From NCBI RefSeq assembly GCF_021028975.2, contig NC_059429.1, forward strand, positions 52,700,001 through 52,764,000: a DNA stretch of 64,000 nt, in the 5' to 3' direction. The notes beneath the pieces are model-generated. The model searched no databases. It was given only the letters and a program-made list of their open reading frames with translations, and was not told where the DNA came from. Position numbers and translations under genes: made by a program. Source of the DNA: Sphaerodactylus townsendi (taxonomy: Eukaryota). Shown here piece after piece: positions 24,561 to 36,726 of this stretch. The first letter of the stretch is position 1, and each line of letters opens with the position of its first letter.

Positions 24561-25232
24561 GCGCCCAATTGTTCCCTTCCCACACAATAGCCTAGCTGAT
24601 TTAATAAGATGCAGCAGCATTAATACAATAAAAATATCTTAGTCTAGTTATGGAAGTATTCAACACTAGTTATGCAAGTATTCAACACAAATGAGTACAG
24701 ATTAGTCTGGCAAATTTTTCCTTTTGTTCTCAGGTAAGTAGCAGGCAATTCAACCTGTTTGCAACTATTTTAATAAATTATATACAAGACCAGAATAAAA
24801 GTAACCTGTTCCCATGCACAGAAGGCAGTATGACTGCATACGACTTAAAATGGCAGCTGGCATGTAAACAAGTCTGTGTGTTCTCTTTACTCATTTCCTC
24901 CCCATCTCCTGTGCTGCAGATAATAAAATATCAGCTGTAGTTACTCTGAATAATGCAAACAAATGTAACAGTAGCCATTCTACAAAACAGCTAATGAATT
25001 CAAGGAAAAAAGCCCATTCTCTACCATTTAAAATTGGTGTTTTATGGATTCAGAAACTCTTGAACTTTTATCTTCCATTACTTTTATGCTTATAATAAAG
25101 TGTTTAAATAATAAAGAAGGCAGTGAATAAATGGCTTTCTATCCATTCTGAATTCTCCCCTGGTTGTTTTTCACTCTATTCCTCCCAATCCTGTTCCAAC
25201 GCATACAGTAATCGTTTGTATTTTTTTTTTAG

Positions 25233-25395
25233 GTCTGCAAAACGGTTACTTGACCAAATAGTTGAAAAAGGAAGACCCACACCAGGATTCCATCATGGTG
25301 ATGGTCCAGGAAATGCCGTCCAGGAACTTATGATTCCAGCTAGCAAAGCAGGATTGGTTATTGGGAAAGGTGGAGAAACAATAAAACAGCTTCAG
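25233..25395 (+). CDS. FUBP1: FUBP1 exon 8 ([14 protein letters not shown]...[14 protein letters not shown]; KH2)
   Basis: ORF 25123..25407, splice sites. Confidence 0.96.
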
Positions 25396-25476
25396 GTAAG
25401 TACATAGTTGTGGGGGTGGGGAGTAAAAGCATAAAAATTCAGTTTGCATGAACTACAGATTCATTTTGTTTATTAG

Positions 25477-25575
25477 GAGCGAGCTGGAGTTAAGATGGTT
25501 ATGATTCAAGATGGTCCACAGAACACTGGAGCAGATAAACCTCTGAGGATCACAGGAGATCCTTACAAAGTTCAA
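25477..25575 (+). CDS. FUBP1: FUBP1 exon 9 ([13 protein letters not shown]...GDPYKVQ)
   Basis: Splice sites, in frame. Confidence 0.96.
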
Positions 25576-25686
25576 GTAAGAAAAGAGCATTTATTAACAT
25601 CTAAAATTGTATATGAAGATTACTTCATGTGCTGTATATGAATATTTAAGATTACTACATCTTAATTGCATTTGCTTCTCTTTTAG

Positions 25687-25788
25687 CAAGCAAAGGAGAT
25701 GGTTTTAGACCTAATTCGTGATCAAGGTGGTTTTAGAGAAGTACGCAATGAATATGGGTCAAGAATAGGAGGAAACGAAGGACTAGAT
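25687..25788 (+). CDS. FUBP1: FUBP1 exon 10 ([15 protein letters not shown]...GNEGLD)
   Basis: Splice sites, in frame. Confidence 0.96.
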
Positions 25789-25909
25789 GTGAGTGTGATA
25801 AGAATACTTTTAATTTCAATTCATATCTCCATAAAATCTAGGTAAATTAAAAGTAACAAACCTAAATGTTTTGGAGAGTGACATAATTTTTTAAGATGTG
25901 AAACTTTGG

Positions 25910-26125
25910 TATACTCTGTCTCACCAAAAGAAAAAACCAAAATTGTAATTTAATGATCCACATTCTGAAACGTCTTTGTTTTAGAACGCTTTGTTTGGGT
26001 CCTAGTGCTTACCTAGTACTGTTAGAAACGTACTAGGATCCAAACAGCATTCTAAAACCAAGCCAGTACAGCATGTTGTGAATGAAGTTAAATTTTTGGT
26101 GTTTTTCTTTTGGAGAGACAGTATA
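25910..26125. mobile_element. Palindromic Tc1/mariner-type MITE
   Basis: TA-flanked TIRs tactctgtctcaccaaaagaaaaaacc / ggtgtttttcttttggagagacagta; inner arms also inverted. Confidence 0.7.
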
Positions 26126-26422
26126 GTTGAGGAATCAATTCTAATTTGAAGGAAATATTTGATCATATTGTATAGTTCCATTTATTGAAAATGTATTTCA
26201 ATAAAACATTTTTTAGCAAATCATGTTGTGTCTCTAGAAGAACTGCAATGTGCTTTGCAATTCTCTTTAGCCTCCATATCTAAATTTCAGATATTTGGTA
26301 AGCATGGGTCAAATAAATTTAAAAGGTATCTAGATATAGCCATGAGATTTATAGAATTGTATATTAAACATTTAATGAAGCATTACAGTATCATAAATTT
26401 GTTAATATACTTATTTCTCAAG

Positions 26423-26525
26423 GTCCCAATACCACGATTTGCTGTTGGCATTGTAATTGGAAGAAATGGAGAAATGATTAAAAAGATACAGAACGATGCT
26501 GGTGTCAGGATCCAGTTTAAACCAG
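26423..26525 (+). CDS. FUBP1: FUBP1 exon 11 ([21 protein letters not shown]...QFKP; KH3)
   Basis: ORF 26228..26578, splice sites. Confidence 0.96.
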
Positions 26526-26610
26526 GTAAGTGGCTTTTTATACAAGAACAGAAAGTCAGTGTTCTCACTAATGTTTAAAAAGATTTTAAAATATTTCATC
26601 CCTTTTTCAG

Positions 26611-26711
26611 ATGATGGAACAACTCCAGACAGAATAGCTCAAATTACTGGACCTCCAGATAGATGCCAACATGCAGCAGAAATTATTACAGATCTTCTTC
26701 GAAGTGTTCAG
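26611..26711 (+). CDS. FUBP1: FUBP1 exon 12 ([16 protein letters not shown]...LLRSVQ)
   Basis: ORF 26496..26723, splice sites. Confidence 0.96.
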
Positions 26712-26842
26712 GTTGGTTGTTAATTGTACTATTTAGTGTTCTTGGTGTACCAGTAGGAAATATCATGTTTAATTCTACATTAAAACATGTTTGTTTGCAT
26801 TTTCCAGTATCAACTGGGCATGAAAAGTCAGTTTTTAAACAC

Positions 26843-29800
26843 TTCTCCTCTGAGCTAGAGGACATCTTGCGGGTGGTTCCCACCGGGGAGGCAAGAAATG
26901 AATTGTATTCCAGTGGAGAAGGACTGCCTCCTTTGCTCCAGTTTGATTCCTGCCTCCAAGGGAAGTAGCACGCTTTTGGATTATCTGCTCCACCCTGCCT
27001 ATTTTCCTTGCCTCCAGGTGCCTTCCTTCCATTTCCTTCTCTTCACTCCAACCCATTCAGGGGCTGAAATACAGATCAAGCCATCAACTGTAGGGCAGAT
27101 TAAGAGGGCCCACGAGACCCTTGCCATGACCAACAAGGCAGCCTCTACCACCTCCATCCTCAACCGTGCAGCCATTGTGTGGGCCAGGAAGTCCTACAAC
27201 TGCTCCCTCAAGAGGACATCCACCTCAAGGAGGGCACCACCCGCCTCCTCAAGGCAACAGCCTTCTCGGCAGATGCCTCCCTAGACATCCTGACCTTCGC
27301 TTCCAGGGCTAAGACCTCCACCACAGCCTCCCACTGGGTTCTATGGGTCCAGGCGTAGCAGGCAGATATATATTCTAAGAATATTGTGGCCGCACACCCC
27401 TTCCAAGAGGCAAAGCTGTTTGACAAAGCACTTGATCAGATTCTGGACAAGTCCAGGGTTAAGACCAGGGCTATCCCTCATAGCCTTAAACTCCCAGACA
27501 GGAGACTCTCCTCCCAGCAGCCATTCTTTCCTACAACACCCTTCCCAGATTTTGCCAGGACCCAAAACCATCCTGGAACTGTTCCTGCTAGCAGTCTTGT
27601 AAGGACCCATTTGGAAGAAGGTTCACCCACAAGGCAGGCAAGACCGATCCCGACAACAAGTCAGGTAGGGCATGATTCCAAGCCCTGCCAGGTAAGGGGC
27701 AGACTAGCAACTTTCACCTCCCAGTAGATACAGTCCAAAAGTGGACAGTTGGGCCATCAAAAGTAGCTTCCTCAGGATACAAAATAGAATTCGAATCCTT
27801 TCCCCCAACTGCACGCTGGTCTCCCCTCTCCTGGAATCCAACAAAGACATCTTGCACCCAGTGCACGGTGCGCCACCACCTCAGGATTTTGGCTGCCGTA
27901 AAGCCTATTCCTCCCTCAGAGAGAGGAGAAGGCATGTATTCAATATTCTTTACTGTGCCCAAACGCAATGGAGATTGGAGGGCCATCGTAGACCTCCAGC
28001 TAGTAAACTGTTTCATCAAATGCAGGCACTTCTGAATGGAAATCCTACACTCCATAGCGGAATCCCTTCAACCCCAGGAGTTCCTGACCTCCATAAACCT
28101 CATGGAGGCGTACCTTCACATTCCTGTCAGGGTCACAGGATGTCCTTGGGGTTCTGCATCAATGCCTATCACTGTCAGTTCAAAGCTGTACCATTCGGCC
28201 TCTCCTCAGCCCCTCCTCCAAGTTACTAGTAAACCTGGTGGTCCTCCTGCACCAGTATAATGTGGCACTCCACCCCTACTTGGACAATATCCTCATTCGA
28301 TCCCCCTACTCTCTGTCCTGCCTGCAGGCCCACAGCTTCCTGGTGAACTGAGACAAGAGCTTCCTCGTCCTCACCCAGAAACTGGAGCTTCTGGGTGTCA
28401 TCATCAACACGTCAGCTAACATGTTCTTTGTTCCTCCCCAAAAGATCATCAGGATCAGAGAGCTAGTCCTTCAGGCAATCCACAGCAGATCGGTCTCCCT
28501 CATGGCTCTATTATCTCTCCTAGGCCTACTAAATTCCACTTCAGATGCCCTCCAATGGGAGAGGTTCCTCACCAGAGCCTTACAACAGCTTTTGGCCCCA
28601 TTTCAACATGACATCTGCAACAAACATCACCATTCCATCAGCCTTCCCAGACAGATGAAGTGTAGCCTGACATGGTGGACCAAGCCCTCCAACCTATGAC
28701 AGGGAAAGGCCTACTGGATTCCCCAACAGGTGCAGATTTTCACAGATGCCATCCTACAGCCTATGGTCCCCCAAGGAGTCCTCTCTTCCAATTAATTGCC
28801 TGGAACTGAGAGCCATTTTCCTTTCCGTCTCCACCTTTCAACCCCTCCTGAAAGGAAAGCCTGTCCTGGTGTGGACAGACAATATTGCCTCGGGGGTGTG
28901 TGTGTCATGCTGCTCAGCCCACCACCAGGAAGCATCAGAGACCCTAAGGTTAGCAGAACAGATTCTCCTCTCCCTACACGCAGAACACATTCAAGGAATG
29001 GGCAACTTCCAGGCAGATTGATTAAGCTGCTAACAGATATTGAAGGGAGAGTGGAGCCTGAAGGGGGAGTTGTTCACCTGGATAACCCAAAGCCTGGGTT
29101 CTCTGGAGGTGGATCTATTCGCCACCCAGAACAACATCAAGACCCCAAGGTTCTTTTCGAGGTACTTCCACAAGAAGGTGGAGGCCACAGGCACCCTGAC
29201 CGCTCCATGGCCACAGGTGCTGTTTTATGCATTTCCGCCACTTCTAATTTTCCCCAAGTTCCTGTGAAAGGTGTCCCTGTCTTGGGTAGAGGTCATAGTG
29301 GTGGCCCCCAACTGGCCACGAAGTCCCTGGTTCTCAACGCTTCAATGGCTATCTATTTGACCACCTCTGGAGCTCCCCACTCCCTGGGGCGTGGTGCACC
29401 AAGACCCCATCTTCCACCCAGACCTCACCAAGTGGAAGCTAGCCGCCTGGAGATTGAGAGGCAATCCCTCCTAGTAGCAGGCCACTCCGCCAGCGTCACC
29501 CAAACCATGCTGTCCTCCAGGAGACAGTCAACTAACGGCATTTACGACACCACATGGAAGGCCTTCGTTCGCTGGGCCAAACAAAAGAAGACCGTCTTCA
29601 TGGATCCCGGGGGTGGTCTCTTTCCTGAACTTCCTTCAAGTCGGCCTGGACTCCGGTCTTTGCTCTAAGGCAGCAGCTTGCGACCTTAGCAACCGTCCTA
29701 CCCCAGCTAAGTCGCTGGAAGACCTGCAGGCATCCATACATCATCAGGTTCCTCAAAGGGGCCAGAACCAAGCCCCAGGTCCACCGCTTCCTGGCATGGA

Positions 29801-31401
29801 ATCTGAACACGCGTTCATGAGGCCACACTTCAAACCCATTGCTTACACTTCAAACCCATGCTCCACTTAAAGACTGTGTTCCTAGTGGCTATTACTTTGG
29901 CATGACACATCTCAGAATTCACAGCCCTGTCGGTACATCTGGACTTCTGCGTCTTCCACAAGGATAAGGTCGCCCTCCGTCCCAATCCCACCTTCAGACC
30001 CAAGGTGGACACCAGGTTTCTCCAGGAACAGAAGTTGTGCCTCCCAACATTTGTACCCAACCCAAAGCATCCCAAAGAGGTGCTATGGCACAATCTGGAC
30101 GTCTGAAGGTCCTTGAAGGAGTACCTCATCAGGACCCAGCTATTCTGAAAATCTCAGTTTCTTTTCATCTCTGAATCTCCCTTAAACAAGGGAAATGCAG
30201 TTTCCAGCAGTACCATCAGCCATTGCCTCAAGTCCTGCATCATAGAGGTGTACAGGGCCATGAAGCTGGTATGTGTCTGTGGAGGAGATCTGTAAGACCA
30301 CTACATGGTCCTCCGATTCAACCTTTATCAAACACTACAAAATTAATCTCTTTAGCTCAGGGGTCTGCAACCTGTGGCTCCAGAGCCACATGTTGCTCTT
30401 TCAGCCTTATACTGCAGCTCCGCGTGGCCTGGAGATTGGAGGGTAGCGTGGGCATGTCCCTCCAGCCCTCCAGAGCAGCGCTGGAAGGAAAGGTGAGTGG
30501 AGGGGCCGAACCAGAGGTGGCTCCGTGCGTGAGGGCGCTGCTTTTCGTGTCCCCTCCACTCACCTCTCCTTCCAGCGCTGCTCTGGACCGCTGGAGGGAC
30601 ACGCCCATGCTGCCCTCCGACCCCTGGAGGTCGGAGGGTAGCATGGGCATGTCCCTCCAGAGCAGCCGCCATCCCCGCTCTGCCCCACGGAGCAGGCGGC
30701 TGGCTGCTCCGTTGGGCAGAGGGTGTTTTCCTGCCCGGCGCCTCCGCCTCCCAGTGCTGGAAGGAAAGGTGAGCGGAGGGGCCGAACTGGAGGCTGCCTC
30801 TCCAGCTTGGTAGATCTTCGAGGCAGTGGAAAATGGTTCCAAATGGCTCTTTGGGTGGTAAACGTTGCTGACCCCTGCTTTAGCTCTTCTGATGCAGCCT
30901 TTGGGCGCAAGGTCAAGCTACACGGTCTGTCCTTTTATGACGATGACTCACGCAACTAAGGGGACACTGCTCTGGGAGGTCCCACAAGATGTTCTCTAGT
31001 TCAGGGGAGAATGACCATTGGTACTTACCCCTGAAGGGTCCTTCTCCTCTGACCATAATGAGGACATCTTTCCCTCCCCGTGTCATCTGTTTTTCTCTCC
31101 TCCTCGTCTTCATTCCACAGCTACTAACAGCTCGTGACCATGCAGTTGGTTAACATTAGCCCTTGTCGTTCCTCTTCCAGTCCATAGTTATAATGGGACC
31201 AAGTTAAGCAACAGTTTAAGTTAAGTTTTTGGTTAGACTTAATCATTATAGGCTACTGCTTCTTGGAGTCTCCAAACTGGAGCAAAGGGGGCGGTCCCTC
31301 CACAGGAAATTTAATTTCCTTCCTCCCCAATGGGAGCCACCCACACAAAGTCCTCGTTACACTCAAAGGATCCTTCGTGGGTAAGTACCAATGGTCGCTT
31401 T
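26843..31401 (+). mobile_element. DIRS-type tyrosine-recombinase retrotransposon (copy 2), frameshifted
   Basis: ITRs 26843-26944 and 31274-31370; ICR ~30980-31070. RT (FKAVPFGLSSAP, HPYLDNIL), RNase H (IFTDA, INCLELRAI, VWTDN), methyltransferase-like (VDLFAT, YAFPP) and YR (TVFLVAIT, TWSSDSTFIKHY) remnants. Confidence 0.92.
30358..30877. mobile_element. hAT (Charlie-like) MITE nested in the DIRS recombinase region
   Basis: TIRs caggggtctgcaac / gttgctgacccctg; 8-bp TSD CTTTAGCT at 30350-30357 and 30878-30885. Confidence 0.9.
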
Positions 31402-31514
31402 GAGAATATTTTTAATTTTAACACTTGTAAATATGTATGTTACTGTTATAGTAATTAAGCTTTGTAGAGAAGGCCACCAAACTATTTCCCAGTTTACCAG
31501 GTAACACACAACTA

Positions 31515-31758
31515 ACCCTGTTTCCCTGAAAATAAGACATCCTCTGAAAATAAGACGTAGTAGAGGTTTTGCTGAAGTGCTAAATATAAAGCATCCCCTG
31601 AAAGTAAGACGTAGCAAAGTTTTTGTTTGGAAGCATGCCCGTCGACCAGAGCATGCAGCTGTGGAGAAGAAAAATAAGACATCCCCTGAAAATAAGACAT
31701 AGCGCATCTTTGGGAGCAAAAATTAATATAAGACACTGTCTTATTTTCGGGGAAATGG
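31515..31758. mobile_element. Tigger/pogo-type MITE
   Basis: TIRs ccctgtttccctgaaaataagaca / tgtcttattttcggggaaatgg, TA flanks, internal ctgaaaataagac repeats. Confidence 0.8.
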
Positions 31759-32198
31759 TATATTAGTCATTAAGACCTAAGGAGGGATGGAGATCATAAC
31801 TTTACCTGCCTCATAATTCTTGCTCAATGTTTCAGAATTGCAGAACCACAAAATAATCTTGGCAATAAAGTTCTTAGATTACAGAATGTAAAGGGTATTA
31901 AATGTTCTTCATTTTTGGAGTGTTTGTTTTTAATTGTGTTTTGCAATGGCATGGCATAGCTGAACCATCCTCTACATTGCCCCAAGCACATTCTTCTGAA
32001 TTTAACCTATTTCTGGAACATTTCAAAACAGCACACCACAGAGAAATAAAATGGTAGAGAGTTTAAGTCTCCTCACTCGTACACAGCTATTGGGCAAAAT
32101 ATGGGAACCAAGTCTGATGAACACTTAGCTATAAGGTGAAAAAAATCAATAATTTTTCATTAGTGTCTTCCCCCCTTCCCCCCCCCTCCCTTCCCTAG

Positions 32199-32340
32199 GC
32201 TGGCAATCCTGGTGGTCCAGGGCCTGGTGGTCGTGGAAGAGGTAGAGGACAAGGAAACTGGAATATGGGGCCTCCTGGTGGACTGCAAGAATTTAATTTT
32301 ATTGTTCCCACTGGAAAAACTGGATTAATTATTGGAAAAG
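32199..32340 (+). CDS. FUBP1: FUBP1 exon 13 ([17 protein letters not shown]...GLIIGK; KH4 start)
   Basis: C-rich tract + TAG acceptor, GT donor, in frame. Confidence 0.96.
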
Positions 32341-32649
32341 GTGATAACACTTTCTTTGTTTAGTCCTTATTTGACCTTATTTCTGTGCAACACAGTAATA
32401 CTTTTCAGTGAGATTTTTAAAAATAGGGCAGCTGTCCATGATGCTAAGTGGTGGGTGGGAGTACCTGATTGTGGTAACAGTTCCTGTTCCAGTTATGACA
32501 GCTCTTCTTCGCAGGATAATGAACTTTCTTAAGTTCATTCAATGTACCTTTTCTTTAGGCAGTTTTATGGAGACTAGAGTGCCACTGGTGGTTTGTCTTT
32601 CAGATAGCTTTTTTGTAATCATGTTTTTAAACAATTACAATTATTTTAG

Positions 32650-32810
32650 GTGGTGAAACTATTAAGAGTATCAGCCAACAATCTGGTGCTAGAATTGAAC
32701 TTCAGAGAAACCCTCCACCAAATGCAGATCCCAACATGAAATTGTTCACTATTCGGGGGACACCACAGCAGATTGATTATGCTCGACAGCTTATAGAAGA
32801 GAAGATTGGC
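32650..32810 (+). CDS. FUBP1: FUBP1 exon 14 ([18 protein letters not shown]...LIEEKIG)
   Basis: Splice sites, KH4 sequence. Confidence 0.96.
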
Positions 32811-33353
32811 GTGAGTATTCTTGCAAATAATCTTTTTTAAAAATTGATAGGGCCAAAGCATCTTCAATGAGTAAACACAGAGCTGGATTTTGTGATGACG
32901 CTGTTGGAGAATACTTGGCTTGTTAATATTACTTCAAAGTAACCCATGACTCTTTAAAAGAAAAAGACTATCCCAACTTTTGTTCATGCCCTTCGTCAGT
33001 TTTACTAGTAAGTGGGGCTGTTGCCCTGAAGGATCTGCTGCATAGCTTGGGCAAGTGATCAAATGACTGATTTACAAGAATGGTCTTGACTGCTGGCAGT
33101 AAAAATGTTCAAGGCTTGTTAAAAGGCTGCCTCACACACAACAATCACTGCAGTGCGGAAACGTATGAAAGGAAAAATAGAACTTATTAGAAACTTTTTC
33201 TGTTGAAATAGATGTTCGAAGGAATTCATTGTGCTGTAGTTTTTTTGCTGAAGAAAAGTGTGGAGGATAAAACCTTTAGTATATATTTGAGCAAGCTTGT
33301 TCCTCCAGTCACTTGAGGTAAACATTACTCTTACATTTCGTTTTCTCTAACAG

Positions 33354-33505
33354 GGTCCAGTGAATCCTTTGGGTCCTCCTGTGCCGCATGGTCCTCATGG
33401 TGTTGTTCCTGGCCCACATGGGCCTCCTGGGCCTCCTCCTGGTGCCCCCATGGGACCTTACAATCCTGCTCCTTATACTCCTGGCCCTCCTGGTCCAGCA
33501 CCTCA
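33354..33505 (+). CDS. FUBP1: FUBP1 exon 15 (Pro/Gly-rich linker)
   Basis: GPVNPLGPPVPHGPHG...PAPH, splice sites. Confidence 0.95.
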
Positions 33506-35162
33506 GTGAGTATCCTTACAAAGGAGTCCATGAATATTACTAGCTTACAATGATAATTGGGGAAAGTTTTAGTAGCCTGCCTACCAATGTATATGTGAAT
33601 TTACGAACTTCATGTGCTAGGGGGAAAAGCTATTTGAGTCTTGCGAAGTTGAAAGAACCAAGATGACAACTTTAATTAAGGATTTTCAGAAACAGTCCTA
33701 AATGTCCTGAACGTATATACATTGTGGCCATAGTTGCATAATAGAAAAGTTTCATTACTGATACCTTTTCCCTAACTAAAGGAAGCAAAAAATCATTTTA
33801 CTCAAACCAGCACATTTTAAACTACAGAACTGTGCAGTGCTATCCCCTCTTTTCTGCCTTGCAATGTTACTTAAGTTTTGCTGGTTCTTAGACCAAAACT
33901 GTGTCAAAGAACATAGGAAATAAATTGTCTTTGTGCAGTAGTAGGAAGCCTCTCTAATTTATGGAGTAATGAAGCAGCCTTGTGCACGATGCTCAGCAAA
34001 CAGATTTCTCAGCAAGCCTATTTCAACTTTACCTTGTTCAGTACACACGGACTGTGACCCCATCAGCGATGTATTTGGTATTCAGCAATTTGAACCGCTG
34101 CCCAACCCATTTGAAGCTGCCTATTTGTCAGAAACTGATTAGGACACCAGTTGGATGCCTGTGTTTTTCACCACCCCTTCAGTGAAGTAGCTTCATAGTA
34201 CAGTTGCAAAAGTGAAAGTCCTGCTCCGTAAGTTCTCTTCTTCCCCTCCAAGCTGGACAGAGACAGAAGCATTGATTTCGATCTCTACATTAAAAAAAGG
34301 AGGAGCTCATTTCTTGCCTTCTCCAACAGCTTGGGGTGTGGGGGAGAAAGAGGTAATCAGCTGGGCTTCTAATCAGTGTCCTGCCTCCAGCAATATATAA
34401 ATTTGATATATCTCTTCAATTCTGGAAGGCAGCAAAGTTTATTGGATGGGAAATTGTAAGAGCTCTATATCCAGCTGATCTGCTGTGCAATGACTCCTGA
34501 ACCACTTATCCTCACCACATTTTTGCTGGATATAGAGCAAAAATTTTCCCAATATTAGATTGTAAGCCAGTTCTCAGCTGATCCCTCATTGACTGGGAAT
34601 CAGCTTCTGGTGGCCGCAAGTACCCTGATTTCCAGTTTGCAGAATAGCTCACTGTTTCATTGTCTACCTAATCACTACTGGAGATCAGGAAGTGAACTGA
34701 GCAGGCAGGTGTATTTTCTAGGCTGGTTCTTTTCATGTTGCTTTGATTAGAAGCTGTAGCAGTGTAGCTAATAACTGATTAGAATTTGCATGACACTTTC
34801 TTGCTTCAGCCTGAAACTGAGGAATAGGTATGTGGAAAAGGGAAAAAGCACTCTTTCCAAAGACCATCTGCTGACTCCAAGCTAACTGACTAGGTCTTGA
34901 CTACAGGTCAGGATTCAATAGTAGATCATTTTGCATAACAGCCAGTGCCTTTTGGTGTTGGTATTGGCTAAATAGTTGATTTAACAATAGAGTCCATTCA
35001 ACGCTGAATTAGTTTGTTCAATTGGTTTGTTTTCTTTAAGTAAGCAGATGTGCTGGGGCTGTTACTAAATACTTCAATTACCTGTTAAGCCTGAAGTACC
35101 CACAAGTGATTTTCATACCCTTTCTGTTTGCTGTCCATGTATATTAAAGCGAAATATAATTG

Positions 35163-35414
35163 GTTCTGGTGGGTTTTCTGGGCTGTGCGTCCGTGGTCTG
35201 GTGGATCTTGTTCCTAACATTTCACCTGCATCTGTGGCTAGCATCTTCAGAGGTGTATTACAGAGGAAAGTACCCTGATTTCCCTCTTTGATACACCTCT
35301 GAAGAGGCCAGCCATAGAAGCAGGCAAAACGTTAGGAACAAGATCCACCAGACCATGGCCACACAGCCCAGAAAACCCACCAGAACCAGTTTAATCCAGC
35401 CGTGAAAGCCTTCG
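35163..35414. mobile_element. Penelope-derived inverted-repeat insertion with hammerhead cores on both strands
   Basis: ~110-bp inverted arms; 12-bp direct repeat GAAATATAATTG at 35151-35162 and 35415-35426. Confidence 0.85.
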
Positions 35415-35448
35415 GAAATATAATTGTTTACTATATTTTCTTTTGTAG

Positions 35449-35528
35449 TGGCCCTCCAGCACCATATGCTCCACAAGGCTGGGGTAATGCTTATCCACAC
35501 TGGCAGCCACCAAATCCTCCTGATCCAG
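35449..35528 (+). CDS. FUBP1: FUBP1 exon 16 (GPPAPYAPQGWGNAYPHWQPPNPPDP)
   Basis: ORF 35402..35704, splice sites. Confidence 0.95.
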
Positions 35529-36726
35529 GTGAGAACCACCAGCAACAAATTAACACATGTGGCAGATGTTCTAGTTCAAAATTATCTGCTGTGGTGAGGG
35601 AGAAGTTATTTACCTTAGGCTATCATGCCATCACACTTAATAGCCTGTTAGTATTATTACATCATGTGAAGGCTTCAGATTTTTTGCAAATTTACTGCAC
35701 CTGATCATGTGTACAGGGAAACTGGGTGATAGGACTGGTGGATATACTTGATTAGGAGTGCTTTCAGGTGCACAAATCAGCCCGGTTTATGCATGAAAAG
35801 AGTGTGGAGATGATTTAAATTAAAATTTCTTTTTGCTCAGTATATTTTGAACAGGTTAGAATGGAAAAACAGTTTGCAGAATATGTAATGCTTAATCTGG
35901 TGATGCAGCTAGTTGAATTGCTCATGTTGAACAGCTGCACATCAGTGAATCCAATACAGTTGAGGTCTTTCTAAAATTCATCAGGGGGTATCTGTGTATG
36001 TTGTAAGTTAATTATCTTGGTAAAAGTATTCCATTGCAGAATTCCGTGGAGGTATATTTTCCTAGTTCTATACGAGTAGAGGCTTCCACATTCTCTACAG
36101 TGTTGTGAGAATTCTAACCTGAATTTCCCATTGTTGACGAGTGTCCTTGGTACTGGATTAAATTGGATACTGTGTATGTTCTACTTAAGCAGCACTAGTG
36201 CTGAACAGCGCACCTGTATGCAACTACAGTTCCTCTAACAGAACCACATTACTATTCCCAAAAGAAGGAGTAATTATTTCTACTGATTGTCACTTATTGT
36301 TGCAGATTCCCATTTTGCCCTCTGCATTGTTCCAGACGGTGTATTACACCTTCTGTGATGCCCAAGAGCAAAATTGGGGGAAGAGGGCTTAGTTGGCTAG
36401 AATCCTGCAGACTTTATGAAGTCTGCATATTTGTTCATCTCACCTACAGTGGTGGTAACTTGTTAAAAGTTTAAGAAGGAACAAAATTGAAGCATTACAG
36501 CTAACTGGTTAGATGAACTTGGGGCTTGTAAGCATGCACAACAATTCAACACTTGCAGTTATTACATGTACATATTGTTGGTGTGGCTTTCCTTAATTTC
36601 CTTTTTTGCAGCACATCAGTGGTTTTTGAATGAGCTCTCAATAGTGGGTTTTTTGAGAGATCTAGTTGTATTAAAGACAATTAAATAATTGAAGCTTACC
36701 ATGCTCAACCATGTTAAATCTCCTAG

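Noticed and set aside
28796-29668. 290-aa ORF as a novel gene
   Set aside because: Overlapping-frame start of the DIRS tyrosine-recombinase ORF, truncated by frameshifts.
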